Shown here one piece after another: positions 18,408-28,617 of a stretch of DNA of 64,000 nt (the stretch's first letter is position 1; every line of letters begins with the position of its first letter). Both the position numbers and the translations under genes were made by a program. Below the pieces are notes generated by a model. The model was not told the DNA's origin, ran no database searches, and saw nothing but the letters and a program-made list of their open reading frames with translations. Source of the DNA: an uncultured Thermoplasmatales archaeon. GTDB taxonomy: Archaea; Thermoplasmatota; E2; DHVEG-1. The stretch covers positions 15,139 to 79,138 of the forward strand of contig CAZQXW010000003.1 in NCBI GenBank assembly GCA_964597365.1, written 5' to 3'.

Positions 18408-19855
18408 GAATTATTTGAAGCCATAATAACAGCCTGTACAGCAGCCATCGCAGCTGCAGTTTTAGGTGTTGATGATTGAGCTTTTGAATTTTTTACATGC
18501 TCAACCACCTGATCAAGTATTTTGTATCTCGGAATAAAACTTGTATCATATTTTCCTTGCACAAATTCTTTGTTATCCATTACAACTTGATGGAAAGGAA
18601 TATTATGTCTAACGCCACCTATTTGAAATTCCCAAAGAGCTCTTTTAGTCCTATCAATGCATCTTTTCCTGTCCTCTGCATAAACAATTAGCTTTGCAAT
18701 CATTGAATCATAGAATGGAGGGATTGTAAATCCTTGATAAACACCAGAATCTATTCTAATACCCGGCCCACTTGGCTCTGCGTAGCGTATGATTTTGCTT
18801 GGTGCGGGCATAAAGTTATTTAGCGGGTCCTCTGCATTTATTCTGCATTCAATTGCATGCCCTCTAGGATGAATATCCTCTTGGCTATATTGTAGATCCT
18901 CACCGGATGCTACATGAAGCATTTCACGTGCGAGATCTACACCAGTTGTAGCTTCAGTTATCGGATGCTCTACTTGCAGACGAGTATTCATCTCTAAAAA
19001 GTAGTAGTTTCCATCTTTAAACATAAACTCACAAGTACCAGCATTATAGTATCCTGCAGTTTTTGCCGCAAGAACTGCTTGTTCTCCTATTTCTTCACGA
19101 AGCTCTGGTGTGAGTGCACATGAAGGTGTTTCTTCAATCAGTTTCTGATGACGCCTCTGAACGCTACACTCGCGCTCATATAGATGAATTATATGTCCAT
19201 TCTTGTCTCCTATCACTTGGTACTCTATATGACGTGGATCAGGAATGAATTTTTCAATGAAAACTGCGTCATCACCGAAGCTATTTTTTGCAAGTTGCTT
19301 TACAGATGCAAGTGCTTTTTCCATCTGTTTTTCATCTTCGACCATTTGAATTCCTATACCGCCACCGCCAGCGCTTGCTTTAAGCATAACTGGATAACCT
19401 ATTTCATGGGCGATATCTTTTGCTTTCTCATGATCAGAGATTGCTTCAGTAACACCGGGAACAACGCTTACTCCTGCTTTAATCATTGATTTTTTAGAGT
19501 CGATTTTTGAACACATCAACTCCATTGATTTTACAGGAGGGCCTATGAACTCTATTCCGTTCTTATGGCACATACTTGCAAATTCTGCATTTTCTGCCAT
19601 AAAACCATAACCCGGATGAATTCCCTCAGCCTTTGCCTTTAATGCTACATCAATTATTTTTTCTTTATTTAGATAACTCTGACTTGCAGGTCCTGGCCCG
19701 ATGTTGTATTTTTCATCTGCATATTTTACAAAAAGTGCTTTGGCATCTGCATCAGAGTACACTGCAACGGTTGAAACGCCTAGTTCTTTGCAGGCTCTCA
19801 TTATACGAACCGCGATTTCTCCACGGTTTGCTATGAGTACTTTATTAAGCATCAT
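18398..19855 (-). CDS. pycA: Pyruvate carboxylase subunit A (biotin carboxylase)
   Basis: 485 aa ATP-grasp biotin carboxylase (KVLIANRGEIAVRIMRAC, EMNTRLQVEHPITE). Directly upstream of the carboxyltransferase/biotinyl subunit. Confidence 0.95.
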   Translation of the reverse strand: MMLNKVLIANRGEIAVRIMRACKELGVSTVAVYSDADAKALFVKYADEKYNIGPGPASQSYLNKEKIIDVALKAKAEGIHPGYGFMAENAEFASMCHKNGIEFIGPPVKSMELMCSKIDSKKSMIKAGVSVVPGVTEAISDHEKAKDIAHEIGYPVMLKASAGGGGIGIQMVEDEKQMEKALASVKQLAKNSFGDDAVFIEKFIPDPRHIEYQVIGDKNGHIIHLYERECSVQRRHQKLIEETPSCALTPELREEIGEQAVLAAKTAGYYNAGTCEFMFKDGNYYFLEMNTRLQVEHPITEATTGVDLAREMLHVASGEDLQYSQEDIHPRGHAIECRINAEDPLNNFMPAPSKIIRYAEPSGPGIRIDSGVYQGFTIPPFYDSMIAKLIVYAEDRKRCIDRTKRALWEFQIGGVRHNIPFHQVVMDNKEFVQGKYDTSFIPRYKILDQVVEHVKNSKAQSSTPKTAAAMAAVQAVIMASNNSKK

Positions 19856-19874
19856 TATACCTCAAATATCTCTT

Positions 19875-21692
19875 TTATAGTACTTGCATTATAAGGTCGC
19901 CGCTTGCAACTGCGTCGCCTTCCTTTATAAATATATCTTTTACTTCGCCTTCAGATTCTGACTTGATCTCTTGTTCCATCTTCATTGCTTCGATGGTTGC
20001 AATTACATCACCTGATTTTACCTTGTCACCAACTTTGACTTTTAAGGAGAGAATAGTTCCTTGCATGTTTGATTTGACTCCGCCTTCGACATCTTTTGGT
20101 TTTCCACCAGCAGAGCTGTCTCCTGCACCTGCTACTAAAAACCCACCAGTTGGGTTTACTTTGACTTCGAAAGGTTCACCGTCGACTTCTACTTCAAACT
20201 CGGTTGGAATTTGTGCAGGGCCACTACGTTCCTCTGGTGGTTGTGTTTCAAGCCACATTTCTTTTACGTCAGGGAAACTCTGTTTTACCATACCACGTGT
20301 TAATTTATGATCAAGTGGAAGTGGCAATTCATCAGATGTGAATTCTGCTTGTGCTTGTCCTTTTAAGAACTTAAGACCTACTTGTGGGTAGATTGCATAA
20401 GTCATAATGTTTTCATCAGTGATTTTTACATCGCTGTGTTCTTTAAGCTCTGATTTTCTCTTCTCCCACATTGGTTTGAGAAGATCTGCTGGTCTGCAGT
20501 CAATTACTTCATCTTTCCATTTTGGCCCTAATACCGTTTTCATGATTTCAGGTTTGATTGGTGCTGGTGGTTTTCCATACATTCCTTTACAGTAATCCTT
20601 GGTTTCTTTGGTAATTACTTTGTATCTGCCATGAAGAACGTTCATTACAGCTTGAACTCCCACAACTTGACTGGTTGGTGTTACAAGTGGAGGATATCCA
20701 AGTTCCTCTCTGACTTTTGCTGTTTCTGCCAGTATTTCTTGGTATTTGTCTCCTGCACCTTGCTCTTCTAATTGGAAAATAAGGTTTGAAAGCATTCCAC
20801 CAGGCACTTGATGAAGTGTTACCGCTGGATCTACTTTGAGTGCATTGAATCTGTGAAGATGTCTGTATTTATCCCATATTTCTAGGAAGTATTTGCGAAT
20901 CTCAATAAGAAGCTCCAAGTCATATCCTGTGTCATATTTTGTATCCTTTAAAGCTGCAACAACGCTTTCTGTTGCAGGGGCTGCCGTTCCACCAGATATT
21001 GGGGACATTGCAGTATCAAGAATATCTACCCCAGCATCAGCTGCTGCCTGGTATGCCATGCCAGTCATACCACTTGTGCAGTGGCTGTGAAGATCTATTG
21101 GTTGTTTTATTCCTGCATCTTTTACTCCTTTGATGATATCATATGCACGTTTTGGAGAGATCATACCTGCCATATCTTTGATACAAAGACTGTCTGCACC
21201 CATTTTTGAAAGTGTTTTGAATTTTTCAACGAAATAATCTACGGTGTGAACAGGTGAAATAGTATAGCTTAAACATGCTTGTACATGTCCACCGTTTTCT
21301 TTTACTGCTTTCATTGGTACTTCCATATTACGAATATCATTTAATGCATCGAAAATTCTGAAATTATCAACACCATTCTTTTTGGCGAGGAATATAAATC
21401 TTTTAACGATGTCGTCTGGAAAATTCCAGTATGCGACAATGTTCATCGCACGCTCAAGCATCTGCATTGGCGTGTTTGGCATTGCTTTTTTAAGTTCTCT
21501 AATCCTTTCCCATGGGCATTGATTAAGGTATCTGATTGGAACATCAAATGTTGCTCCGCCCCATACTTCCATTGAAAAATATCCTACTTCATCTAATTTT
21601 GAAGCGATTGGAAGCATGTCTTCTGTTCTCATTCTTGTTGCAAGCATAGACTGGTGTGCATCTCTAAATATCATCTCGTGCAGTTGTACCAT
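19875..21692 (-). CDS. pycB: Pyruvate carboxylase subunit B (carboxyltransferase plus C-terminal biotinyl domain)
   Basis: HMGL-like carboxyltransferase TIM barrel (DAHQS..., CIKDMAGM) and C-terminal biotin-attachment motif IEAMKMEQEI. The ORF-track start is TTG. The ATG at 21690-21692 follows GGAGG. Confidence 0.9.
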   Translation of the reverse strand: MVQLHEMIFRDAHQSMLATRMRTEDMLPIASKLDEVGYFSMEVWGGATFDVPIRYLNQCPWERIRELKKAMPNTPMQMLERAMNIVAYWNFPDDIVKRFIFLAKKNGVDNFRIFDALNDIRNMEVPMKAVKENGGHVQACLSYTISPVHTVDYFVEKFKTLSKMGADSLCIKDMAGMISPKRAYDIIKGVKDAGIKQPIDLHSHCTSGMTGMAYQAAADAGVDILDTAMSPISGGTAAPATESVVAALKDTKYDTGYDLELLIEIRKYFLEIWDKYRHLHRFNALKVDPAVTLHQVPGGMLSNLIFQLEEQGAGDKYQEILAETAKVREELGYPPLVTPTSQVVGVQAVMNVLHGRYKVITKETKDYCKGMYGKPPAPIKPEIMKTVLGPKWKDEVIDCRPADLLKPMWEKRKSELKEHSDVKITDENIMTYAIYPQVGLKFLKGQAQAEFTSDELPLPLDHKLTRGMVKQSFPDVKEMWLETQPPEERSGPAQIPTEFEVEVDGEPFEVKVNPTGGFLVAGAGDSSAGGKPKDVEGGVKSNMQGTILSLKVKVGDKVKSGDVIATIEAMKMEQEIKSESEGEVKDIFIKEGDAVASGDLIMQVL

Positions 21693-21856
21693 ATATCTTT
21701 CCTCCAATTCCTTTGGATTCTTTTTTTATTTTTAAGTTAAATTATTATATCTTAAGATGTGGAATGGTATCTGGTTCTCCTATTTAAGAATATAGCATAA
21801 ATGTCGTATGTTCTCTCAAAAATTTTTTAAACAAGTTCCTCTTTATTAGGCTAAGT

Positions 21857-24019
21857 TTGACAGAGGTGTCTGTAAAATTGAAAGTTGACGGAAAAATCAT
21901 TTTAATTGTGTCTTTGATACTGTTAGTTTCACCAATAGCATCGACACAAGTAACCGCAGAGATTATTGCGGGAGAAATTTACGAAAATATTGATCCTGTG
22001 TTGTATCGCAATGTAACAGTCTATGCTCCAGCTGTCGCAAGTACCAGTGAAGGTTATGTAGGAGTAATATCAACCATCACTGTTACTATACAAAACAAGG
22101 GTAGTGGACGAGTATTTGTAGATACTCTCCCACTTACACAAGTAGATATGCAGGGGTCAGCTAGACTTGCTGTAAAGGTTGCAAGTGCTCTTGTTCAGAA
22201 CGACAATAATTCAAATGTTGATCCTTCATCTTATGATTATTTCTTTGTGGTAAGAACTGATGCACCTATAATTGGAGGACCTAGTGCTGGTGCTATTATG
22301 ACTGTTGCAACAGTTGGACTGCTCATGAATAGATCTTTAGACACGCAGACAGTCATGACCGGCATGATTAATCCCGATGGTAGTATCGGTCCTGTCGGAG
22401 GTATACCTCAAAAAATCGATGCAGCGTGGAGTGTCGGGGCCAAACGTTTTCTTATACCAAATGGCCAAGGAACATATACAGAAATGGAAACTACAACTGA
22501 AACAACCAGTGGAGGGTGGGTTAAAACTGTTACAAAACCTGTTGTTAAAACAGTTGAAGACTATGTCATCGAACAAGGATATGAAATTGAAGTTTTAGAA
22601 GTAGCAGACATATATGAGGCTTTAGAAAATTATACCGGTTTTGAATATACTTTTGAAGGAGAAAATGGAGAAATAACTACTGAAAAATATTTAGAATCTA
22701 TGCATCCTCTTGCAAGCAGGCTCCTTACAAATGCTTCTGAGATGTACAGTCTTGCCCAGAGCAAATTCAATGAATCCAACATACCAAATTATTTTCCAGA
22801 TTATACTAAGGAAGATGTTTCAGTGGAGCTGGAAAATGCTAAAGATTCATTTGAAGATTCAGAAAAATGGTACGATGATGACTTGTATTATACCACTACA
22901 AGCAAATCATTTCAGTCTCTTATTCACTCAAGATTTGTAATCTATGCATGTGAATATTTTGACTCAGGAGAAGATTCTTATGATTATCTTGAAAGTTTGT
23001 TATCTAACGCTGAAACAAAATATGAAAATGCAAGTGATTTGGCAGGAAACGCCGACATAAATGGTTTTATAAGTTTACAAAGCGTTGGTGCTGCCCAGAG
23101 GAGAGCATCAGAGGCAAAGATTTATCTTGATGTTGTAAAAGAAGAAATTAATTCTTTAGGAAGCCCTTCAGCAGTCCTTAGTTTTCTTGATAAAATAGCT
23201 TTTATAGTTGAAAGGAGCAATAGTGTTTATTGGTGGATTGATATAGGGACAAAATTTAATGATATTGGAGATTTTTCCAATGAAACAATAGAAAACCTCG
23301 CATTAGAATACATAGAAGAGGCACAACAGTCATTTACTTACTCAGAGGTATTAGTAGAAGAGATGGGTTCATCATATTCAGACTCTTTGAGCTATCTGAA
23401 CAACGCTGAGGTTTTAATTGAAAGCGCACGTGATGATCAAGACCAAGGTTTTCATGCATCTGCACTTTTTCAAGCACTTGAAGCAGGTGTAAAAGCAAAT
23501 CTTGCAATAGAACTGTATGGCATAAGCCCTGAAGATAAAATAGATTATTCAAAGAATGCAGCAAGCAATAACATCGCAAAAAATAGAAAACAAGGAATTG
23601 AACCAATACTTGCCGTTAGTTACTACGAGTTTGCCGAGAGCCTAAATGAAGAAGAGTCATATGATTCTGCATTGGTATACTACAAGTACAGTGGTATGAT
23701 AGCAGGTGCCCTTAGTTTTACAAATGTATCCATAGGATCGTCATCATCCAAGTATATAGGCGTGCCTGAATATAATCCTCCACAAAGCAGTGTGAATATA
23801 TTCGAATACTTGAGTACAATTTCATTCATAGTCTTTATGCTAATAAGCCTAATTGCAGGACTTGGAATTGGTTTGATAATTGCAGGTTTATTTCCAAAAG
23901 AAAATAAAAAACAAAACAAAAATCAGATGTATAATAGGCAATTCTCAGGAAGAAACTATAACTACCCTGAGGATCAGACTCCGAAAAGTATTAGAGATTA
24001 TTACAGGGAAAACAAATAA
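21857..24019 (+). CDS. Membrane-anchored extracytoplasmic Lon-type (S16) serine peptidase lacking AAA+ module, with about 470-aa acidic helical extension and C-terminal TM
   Basis: Lon proteolytic-domain signature IIGGPSAGAIMTVATVGLLMNRSLDTQTVMTGMINPDGSIGPVGGIPQKIDAA, with Ser codon at 22283-22285 and Lys dyad in QKIDAA. N-terminal signal anchor IILIVSLILLVSPIAS. C-terminal TM ISFIVFMLISLIAGLGIGLIIAGLF. There is no in-frame ATG before the signal peptide; candidate starts are TTG 21857, GTG 21866 or TTG 21878 (the last follows GAGGTG). Confidence 0.8.
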   Translation: MTEVSVKLKVDGKIILIVSLILLVSPIASTQVTAEIIAGEIYENIDPVLYRNVTVYAPAVASTSEGYVGVISTITVTIQNKGSGRVFVDTLPLTQVDMQGSARLAVKVASALVQNDNNSNVDPSSYDYFFVVRTDAPIIGGPSAGAIMTVATVGLLMNRSLDTQTVMTGMINPDGSIGPVGGIPQKIDAAWSVGAKRFLIPNGQGTYTEMETTTETTSGGWVKTVTKPVVKTVEDYVIEQGYEIEVLEVADIYEALENYTGFEYTFEGENGEITTEKYLESMHPLASRLLTNASEMYSLAQSKFNESNIPNYFPDYTKEDVSVELENAKDSFEDSEKWYDDDLYYTTTSKSFQSLIHSRFVIYACEYFDSGEDSYDYLESLLSNAETKYENASDLAGNADINGFISLQSVGAAQRRASEAKIYLDVVKEEINSLGSPSAVLSFLDKIAFIVERSNSVYWWIDIGTKFNDIGDFSNETIENLALEYIEEAQQSFTYSEVLVEEMGSSYSDSLSYLNNAEVLIESARDDQDQGFHASALFQALEAGVKANLAIELYGISPEDKIDYSKNAASNNIAKNRKQGIEPILAVSYYEFAESLNEEESYDSALVYYKYSGMIAGALSFTNVSIGSSSSKYIGVPEYNPPQSSVNIFEYLSTISFIVFMLISLIAGLGIGLIIAGLFPKENKKQNKNQMYNRQFSGRNYNYPEDQTPKSIRDYYRENK

Positions 24020-24048
24020 TACTGTTATTTATTAACGTCTTTTGAACG

Positions 24049-25083
24049 ATGAAAATAAAAGGCAAACTTATCGATGGAAAAATAATAGTAGAAAGGCCCA
24101 AAGACGTTGGAAGGCTTTACAACAAAAGCCGTTTAGGAAATATGGCTAGCAACAATAAACTTGAGCTTGATCTCATAGAGGGCTGTTTCCTATTAGATGA
24201 GGGGAAAATAGAGATAAAAAAGGAAAAAAGCATTGTTGGTTTTGAAAGTATTTCTAATATTGCTTGTAAAAAAATTAACGATTTTGATGCAAAGTATCTG
24301 GCTTTTAAAGATCTTAGAAAAAGAGGTTGCATAATAAGACCAGCTGATAAAATCAAAGGAATAACTTTTTCAGATTATAAAAAGGAGTTTTTCGTTTGCG
24401 TTTTTTCAGAAGGAAGTTATTTTAATTTTAAAGAAGTTTTTACTCTTATAAAAAACGCAGAAGAAACAGATGTTAAATTATATTTTGCAGTAGTTGACTT
24501 TGAAGGTGATGTAACATATTATGATGTTTCAAAATTAGATTTAAAAGGACTCAATAAAACAGAGAAATATCCAAAAAGCAAGGGCCTCTTATCTGATAAT
24601 GGAGTCATGATTTATGATAGAAAAATAAAAGACCTTCTTTTTAAAAACGAGTTTTTTGGAAAATATTTTGGTGAAGGACTAAGAATATCTTTTGTAGAAG
24701 CACTGTATCTAATTGAGAAAAAGATAATAGAAGTAAAGGATGCCGATGGAAAAAGTATCTCTTATGATAATCTTATTAAAATATCTAAGCAAAAGATGCC
24801 TAATTTTGAGAATATATACTCGATATACAAAGACTTAAAGCAAAAAGGACTTATTGTTAAAACAGGGTTTAAATTTGGTAGTGATTTTCGTGTTTATACC
24901 AAAAACCCTGATGAGGTACATGCAGAATATTTAGTTCAGACAGTTGAAAGAAAATATATTGTTTCCTGGTCTGAAATGAGTAGGATTATTAGACTTGCTC
25001 ATTCGGTAAACAAAGAAATTGTTTTTGCCTGTGTAGATAAGGATAAAAATCATTATGTTAGATTTGGGCGTCTAAGGCCATAA
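24049..25083 (+). CDS. endA: tRNA-splicing endonuclease (two-unit, 344-aa homodimer-type EndA)
   Basis: C-terminal catalytic unit (...HAEYLVQTVERKYIVSWSEMSRIIRLAHSVNKEIVFACVD) carries the conserved His and Lys. The N-terminal half is a degenerate repeat, as in alpha-prime-2 type enzymes. Confidence 0.85.
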   Translation: MKIKGKLIDGKIIVERPKDVGRLYNKSRLGNMASNNKLELDLIEGCFLLDEGKIEIKKEKSIVGFESISNIACKKINDFDAKYLAFKDLRKRGCIIRPADKIKGITFSDYKKEFFVCVFSEGSYFNFKEVFTLIKNAEETDVKLYFAVVDFEGDVTYYDVSKLDLKGLNKTEKYPKSKGLLSDNGVMIYDRKIKDLLFKNEFFGKYFGEGLRISFVEALYLIEKKIIEVKDADGKSISYDNLIKISKQKMPNFENIYSIYKDLKQKGLIVKTGFKFGSDFRVYTKNPDEVHAEYLVQTVERKYIVSWSEMSRIIRLAHSVNKEIVFACVDKDKNHYVRFGRLRP

Positions 25084-25133
25084 TTTTTAATACTTAATTT
25101 TTGTTTAATCTTGCTTACAAGGAAGTAAAAAAT

Positions 25134-25772
25134 ATGCTAAAAATAAGATGGCACGGGCATGCCTGTTGGGAGGTTACAAACGAAAAAACAATTGTAACCG
25201 ACCCACATGATGGTAAATCAATAGGAATACCTGAGCCAAATGTACACGCAGATATCATTCTCGTCTCGCATGACCATTATGACCACAATAGTGTAAAATC
25301 AGTCGAAAAGGAAGGATCCAAAGTAATCAAGGATGAGAGGAAAAGAAATGTTTTTGACATAGAAATCAAAGGATTTGAGTCCTTTCATGATGAAGCAGGC
25401 GGTACAAAAAGAGGAAAAAATATAATATACAAATTCAACACAGGAGACATTGTATTCTGCCATCTTGGTGATTTAGGTCATGACCTTGACGAGGGATTAG
25501 TGGAAAGGCTTGGTAAAATTGATGTTTTGTTTATACCTATAGGTGGAACTTTTACAGTTGACGATAAAAAAGCATGGGATATAATTAGAAAAATAGAACC
25601 AAAAATAGTTATTCCTATGCATTACAAAGTAGGTGGCCTTAGTCTGCCGATTGCAGGCATTGATGCTTTTCTTGAGCAGAATCCTTACAAAGTTTTACAT
25701 GTAGGAAATGAAATAGAAATAGATAAGGAAGAGTTACCGGAAGAGCCTGAAGTTTGGACTTTTGCCTTGTAA
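25134..25772 (+). CDS. MBL-fold metal-dependent hydrolase (UPF0173 family)
   Basis: MLKIRWHGHACWEV...ILVSHDHYDHN. The ORF-track start at 25101 is TTG. The ATG at 25134 follows GGAAG and gives the canonical family N-terminus. Confidence 0.85.
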   Translation: MLKIRWHGHACWEVTNEKTIVTDPHDGKSIGIPEPNVHADIILVSHDHYDHNSVKSVEKEGSKVIKDERKRNVFDIEIKGFESFHDEAGGTKRGKNIIYKFNTGDIVFCHLGDLGHDLDEGLVERLGKIDVLFIPIGGTFTVDDKKAWDIIRKIEPKIVIPMHYKVGGLSLPIAGIDAFLEQNPYKVLHVGNEIEIDKEELPEEPEVWTFAL

Positions 25773-26618
25773 TTAATTTTTGTATTCAACTAAAGGTATA
25801 TCTCCTGCACATCTATCGTACATATATGGTACCTGCGGACCGATACCTGTTTTAAAAGGGAATTGTTTGAAGAAGGAGAAAATAAAAGTTGGTACTCTTG
25901 CGTATCTAAATGCTTCTTCGGCTGTAACTATATTGTCGTTATTGAGATCTGCGACGCCTTTGAATCCTTGCAGAAGGAAATATGTAAAAATTCCATTATC
26001 TAAGTTTTTATCCCCGTCAACAGGACATAAAAGATATTTTCCACTTGCAGCAAGCACCACTCTATTTTTTTGACGGAGTTTTAGCATTCTACCAGAGTAG
26101 CAAGAATCCAATATAACTACCATTTTGCCATATGCTAATGAATCTAGCCACGAGTCCAATTCTTTGTCGGATATATCCTCATCTTCTCCAAAACGCGGTT
26201 CTGAGCTATTGTATGAAAAGATATATGCATTGCCGTAATTTATTTTGTTAATTGGCATTTTCCAGCCATGACCTGAGTAATAAAATAAAACAATATCATT
26301 TTCGTCAGTTTTATTTTTTAACCAATCAGTTACTGCTGATTTAATTGAATTCTTAGATGCGTTCTCGTTTATAAGCAGTTTAATGTTTTCTTCATCCCAG
26401 TTTTCTTTTGAAATGAGCATGTCATACATATCTTGTGCATCTTCATCAATACATACTGTGTCATTATAACTAAGGTTTCCTTCAAATCTTTCTACAGCTA
26501 TTATAACTGCATAATAGTTTACATCATTCGATAAAGTTTCTGATTTAACAGATATGTTTGTTATGCTGCAAAATATAAAAACTAAAGATAATGCCAAAGC
26601 AATTCTTTTCTTATTCAT
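25773..26618 (-). CDS. Secreted metacaspase-like (peptidase C14 / clan CD) cysteine peptidase, copy 1
   Basis: Signal peptide MNKKRIALALSLVFIFCSITNISVKSE. His motif FYYSGHGW (His codon revcomp at 26268-26270). Cys motif VILDSCYSG. These give the His-Cys dyad order and spacing of metacaspases/orthocaspases. Confidence 0.8.
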   Translation of the reverse strand: MNKKRIALALSLVFIFCSITNISVKSETLSNDVNYYAVIIAVERFEGNLSYNDTVCIDEDAQDMYDMLISKENWDEENIKLLINENASKNSIKSAVTDWLKNKTDENDIVLFYYSGHGWKMPINKINYGNAYIFSYNSSEPRFGEDEDISDKELDSWLDSLAYGKMVVILDSCYSGRMLKLRQKNRVVLAASGKYLLCPVDGDKNLDNGIFTYFLLQGFKGVADLNNDNIVTAEEAFRYARVPTFIFSFFKQFPFKTGIGPQVPYMYDRCAGDIPLVEYKN

Positions 26619-26633
26619 ATCAAATCCTCTAAA

Positions 26634-27527
26634 TCAAACTTTAACAAGCGGTATATCGCCAACATGTCTGTCATACAAGTAAGGTATCTGAGGGCCAACA
26701 AAATGTTTACCTCTAAAAGTATCCCATACATATGGAAAATGATAGAACGTAGAATGCCAAATAACAGGAATGCGGAGATAATAATAAGCTTCTTTTACAG
26801 TAACCCACCCATCGTTATTGATATCCGCAACACCATCAAGTGCTTGTCTGAAGAAAAAACCAAAAATTGAGTCTTCAAGATAAACACTCCAATTGCATGG
26901 ACAGAATATATACTTGCCACCAGCTGCAAGGATTATTCTACCAGATTGCCTTAAACCAAGCCATCTTCCTGAATAACAATTTTCAAGGATTACAGCAATA
27001 TTTTTTGAATCAAGTTCATCAAGCCAACTATCATATTCTTTATCTGTTATCTTATCGGGCCCATAACCTACACCTGATGAGTTATGTGTAAAGATGTATG
27101 CATTGCCGTACATACGGTTTTTAGGTTTTGTTTTCCAACCATGGCCTGCGTGATATATAACAACAATATCATTTTCATTTTCTTTATCTGCAAGCCAAAC
27201 AGTAATTGCATCATGGATGTTTTCTTTTGTAGCATTCTCGTTTAATAAAAATTTAATGTTTTCTTCTTTCCAATTATCGCTTTGTAACAAAGTTTCATAG
27301 AAAGCAGTAGCAGTTTCATCAAGATATTCTTGAGTAGGCGTATCAAATCCCTTATATTCTTCTATGCCGACGATTACGGCATAATATTCAGTTTCATTTT
27401 CATCAGATGTTGTGATAAGATTTTCTTCTGGTTTTTCTGTTGTTTGAATAGTTATTGCATTTGTCTGTGCTGTAAAAAATAGCGTAATTAAAAATATTGA
27501 CAAGCAAAAATGTATATATTTTTTCAT
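26634..27527 (-). CDS. Secreted metacaspase-like (peptidase C14 / clan CD) cysteine peptidase, copy 2 (tandem paralog)
   Basis: Signal peptide MKKYIHFCLSIFLITLFFTAQTNA. IYHAGHGWK and VILENCYSG motifs. It is collinear with copy 1, but the DNA is diverged, so this is not a recent duplication. Confidence 0.8.
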   Translation of the reverse strand: MKKYIHFCLSIFLITLFFTAQTNAITIQTTEKPEENLITTSDENETEYYAVIVGIEEYKGFDTPTQEYLDETATAFYETLLQSDNWKEENIKFLLNENATKENIHDAITVWLADKENENDIVVIYHAGHGWKTKPKNRMYGNAYIFTHNSSGVGYGPDKITDKEYDSWLDELDSKNIAVILENCYSGRWLGLRQSGRIILAAGGKYIFCPCNWSVYLEDSIFGFFFRQALDGVADINNDGWVTVKEAYYYLRIPVIWHSTFYHFPYVWDTFRGKHFVGPQIPYLYDRHVGDIPLVKV

Positions 27528-27646
27528 TTTTAATCACATTAGCTACATGTAAGACATAATTAAATATATTTGTGTCAATAATATAACAAGGAACATCAAA
27601 TAATATCAAAAAAGAGCAGAGGATGTTATTATAGAAACATATCAAA

Positions 27647-28615
27647 CTATTGTGAAAATATTTCTTTATTTACACAATTTGAAGGTTTTTCCCCTCTTAA
27701 TGCTTGAATCATGTTTTCAGCAGCCATAATAGACATTTTATTTCGGGTTTCTGTGGTAGCTGATGCAGAATGAGGCTGTAAAATAACGTTATCAAGTTTC
27801 AGTAAATCAGGATATATCTCTGGTTCTTTTTCATAAACATCCAAACCTGCGCCATAAATCCATCTTTCTTTCAGAGCTTTTGAAAGTGCTTTTTCATCAA
27901 TTACAGGGCCACGCGATGTATTTATTAATACTGCTGTTTTTTTCATATTCTTCAGTTCGTTTTCACCGATTAAATGTTTTGTAGAATCAATTAGAGGCAC
28001 ATGTAAAGATATAAAATCAGATTTTTTGAGTAAAGCATCAAGTTCGACTTTTTCTGCATCTAACTCTTTTTCTAATTTATCATTTGTTTTTACATCATAG
28101 TATAAAACTTTCATATCAAATCCTTTGGATTTAAGAGCAAATGCAGCACCTATTCTACCAGTACCAATTATGCCGAGTGTCTTCCCTTTCACATCTTGCC
28201 CATGCATAAGCATTGGCGCCCATCCTTTGAATTTACCTGCTCTTGTAAACTTATCTGCTTCAACGATTCTTCTTGCCACTGAAAAAAGTAGAGCCCATGC
28301 CATTTCTGCTGTTGTGTCTGTAAGAACATCAGGGGTGTTGCTAATAGGAATTTTATTCTTTGTTGCAGCTTTAACGTCTATATTGTTATATCCTACAGCA
28401 TAGTTTGCAATCATCTTCAAGTTTGGCTCTGATTCTATTACTTCTGCATCGATTTTGTCGGTTAGAAGACATAAAAGACCGCTTTTTCCTTTGAGATTTT
28501 CTATTATTTCTTTTTTTGAAAGTACTCTTTCTTCAGGGTTTACATATACTTCATGGTGTTTTCTTAGTAAATCTAGCCCGGGTTCAGGTATTTTTCTTGT
28601 GACAAATATCTTCAT
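27647..28615 (-). CDS. Glyoxylate/hydroxypyruvate reductase (D-2-hydroxyacid dehydrogenase, GyaR-like)
   Basis: 322 aa. GIIGTGRIGAAFA NAD-binding motif and NTSRGPVIDE...QPHSASAT catalytic region. Confidence 0.9.
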   Translation of the reverse strand: MKIFVTRKIPEPGLDLLRKHHEVYVNPEERVLSKKEIIENLKGKSGLLCLLTDKIDAEVIESEPNLKMIANYAVGYNNIDVKAATKNKIPISNTPDVLTDTTAEMAWALLFSVARRIVEADKFTRAGKFKGWAPMLMHGQDVKGKTLGIIGTGRIGAAFALKSKGFDMKVLYYDVKTNDKLEKELDAEKVELDALLKKSDFISLHVPLIDSTKHLIGENELKNMKKTAVLINTSRGPVIDEKALSKALKERWIYGAGLDVYEKEPEIYPDLLKLDNVILQPHSASATTETRNKMSIMAAENMIQALRGEKPSNCVNKEIFSQ

Positions 28616-28617
28616 TT

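Noticed and set aside
19963-21133. Plus-strand ORFs inside pycB
   Set aside because: They are antisense to a highly conserved carboxyltransferase gene.
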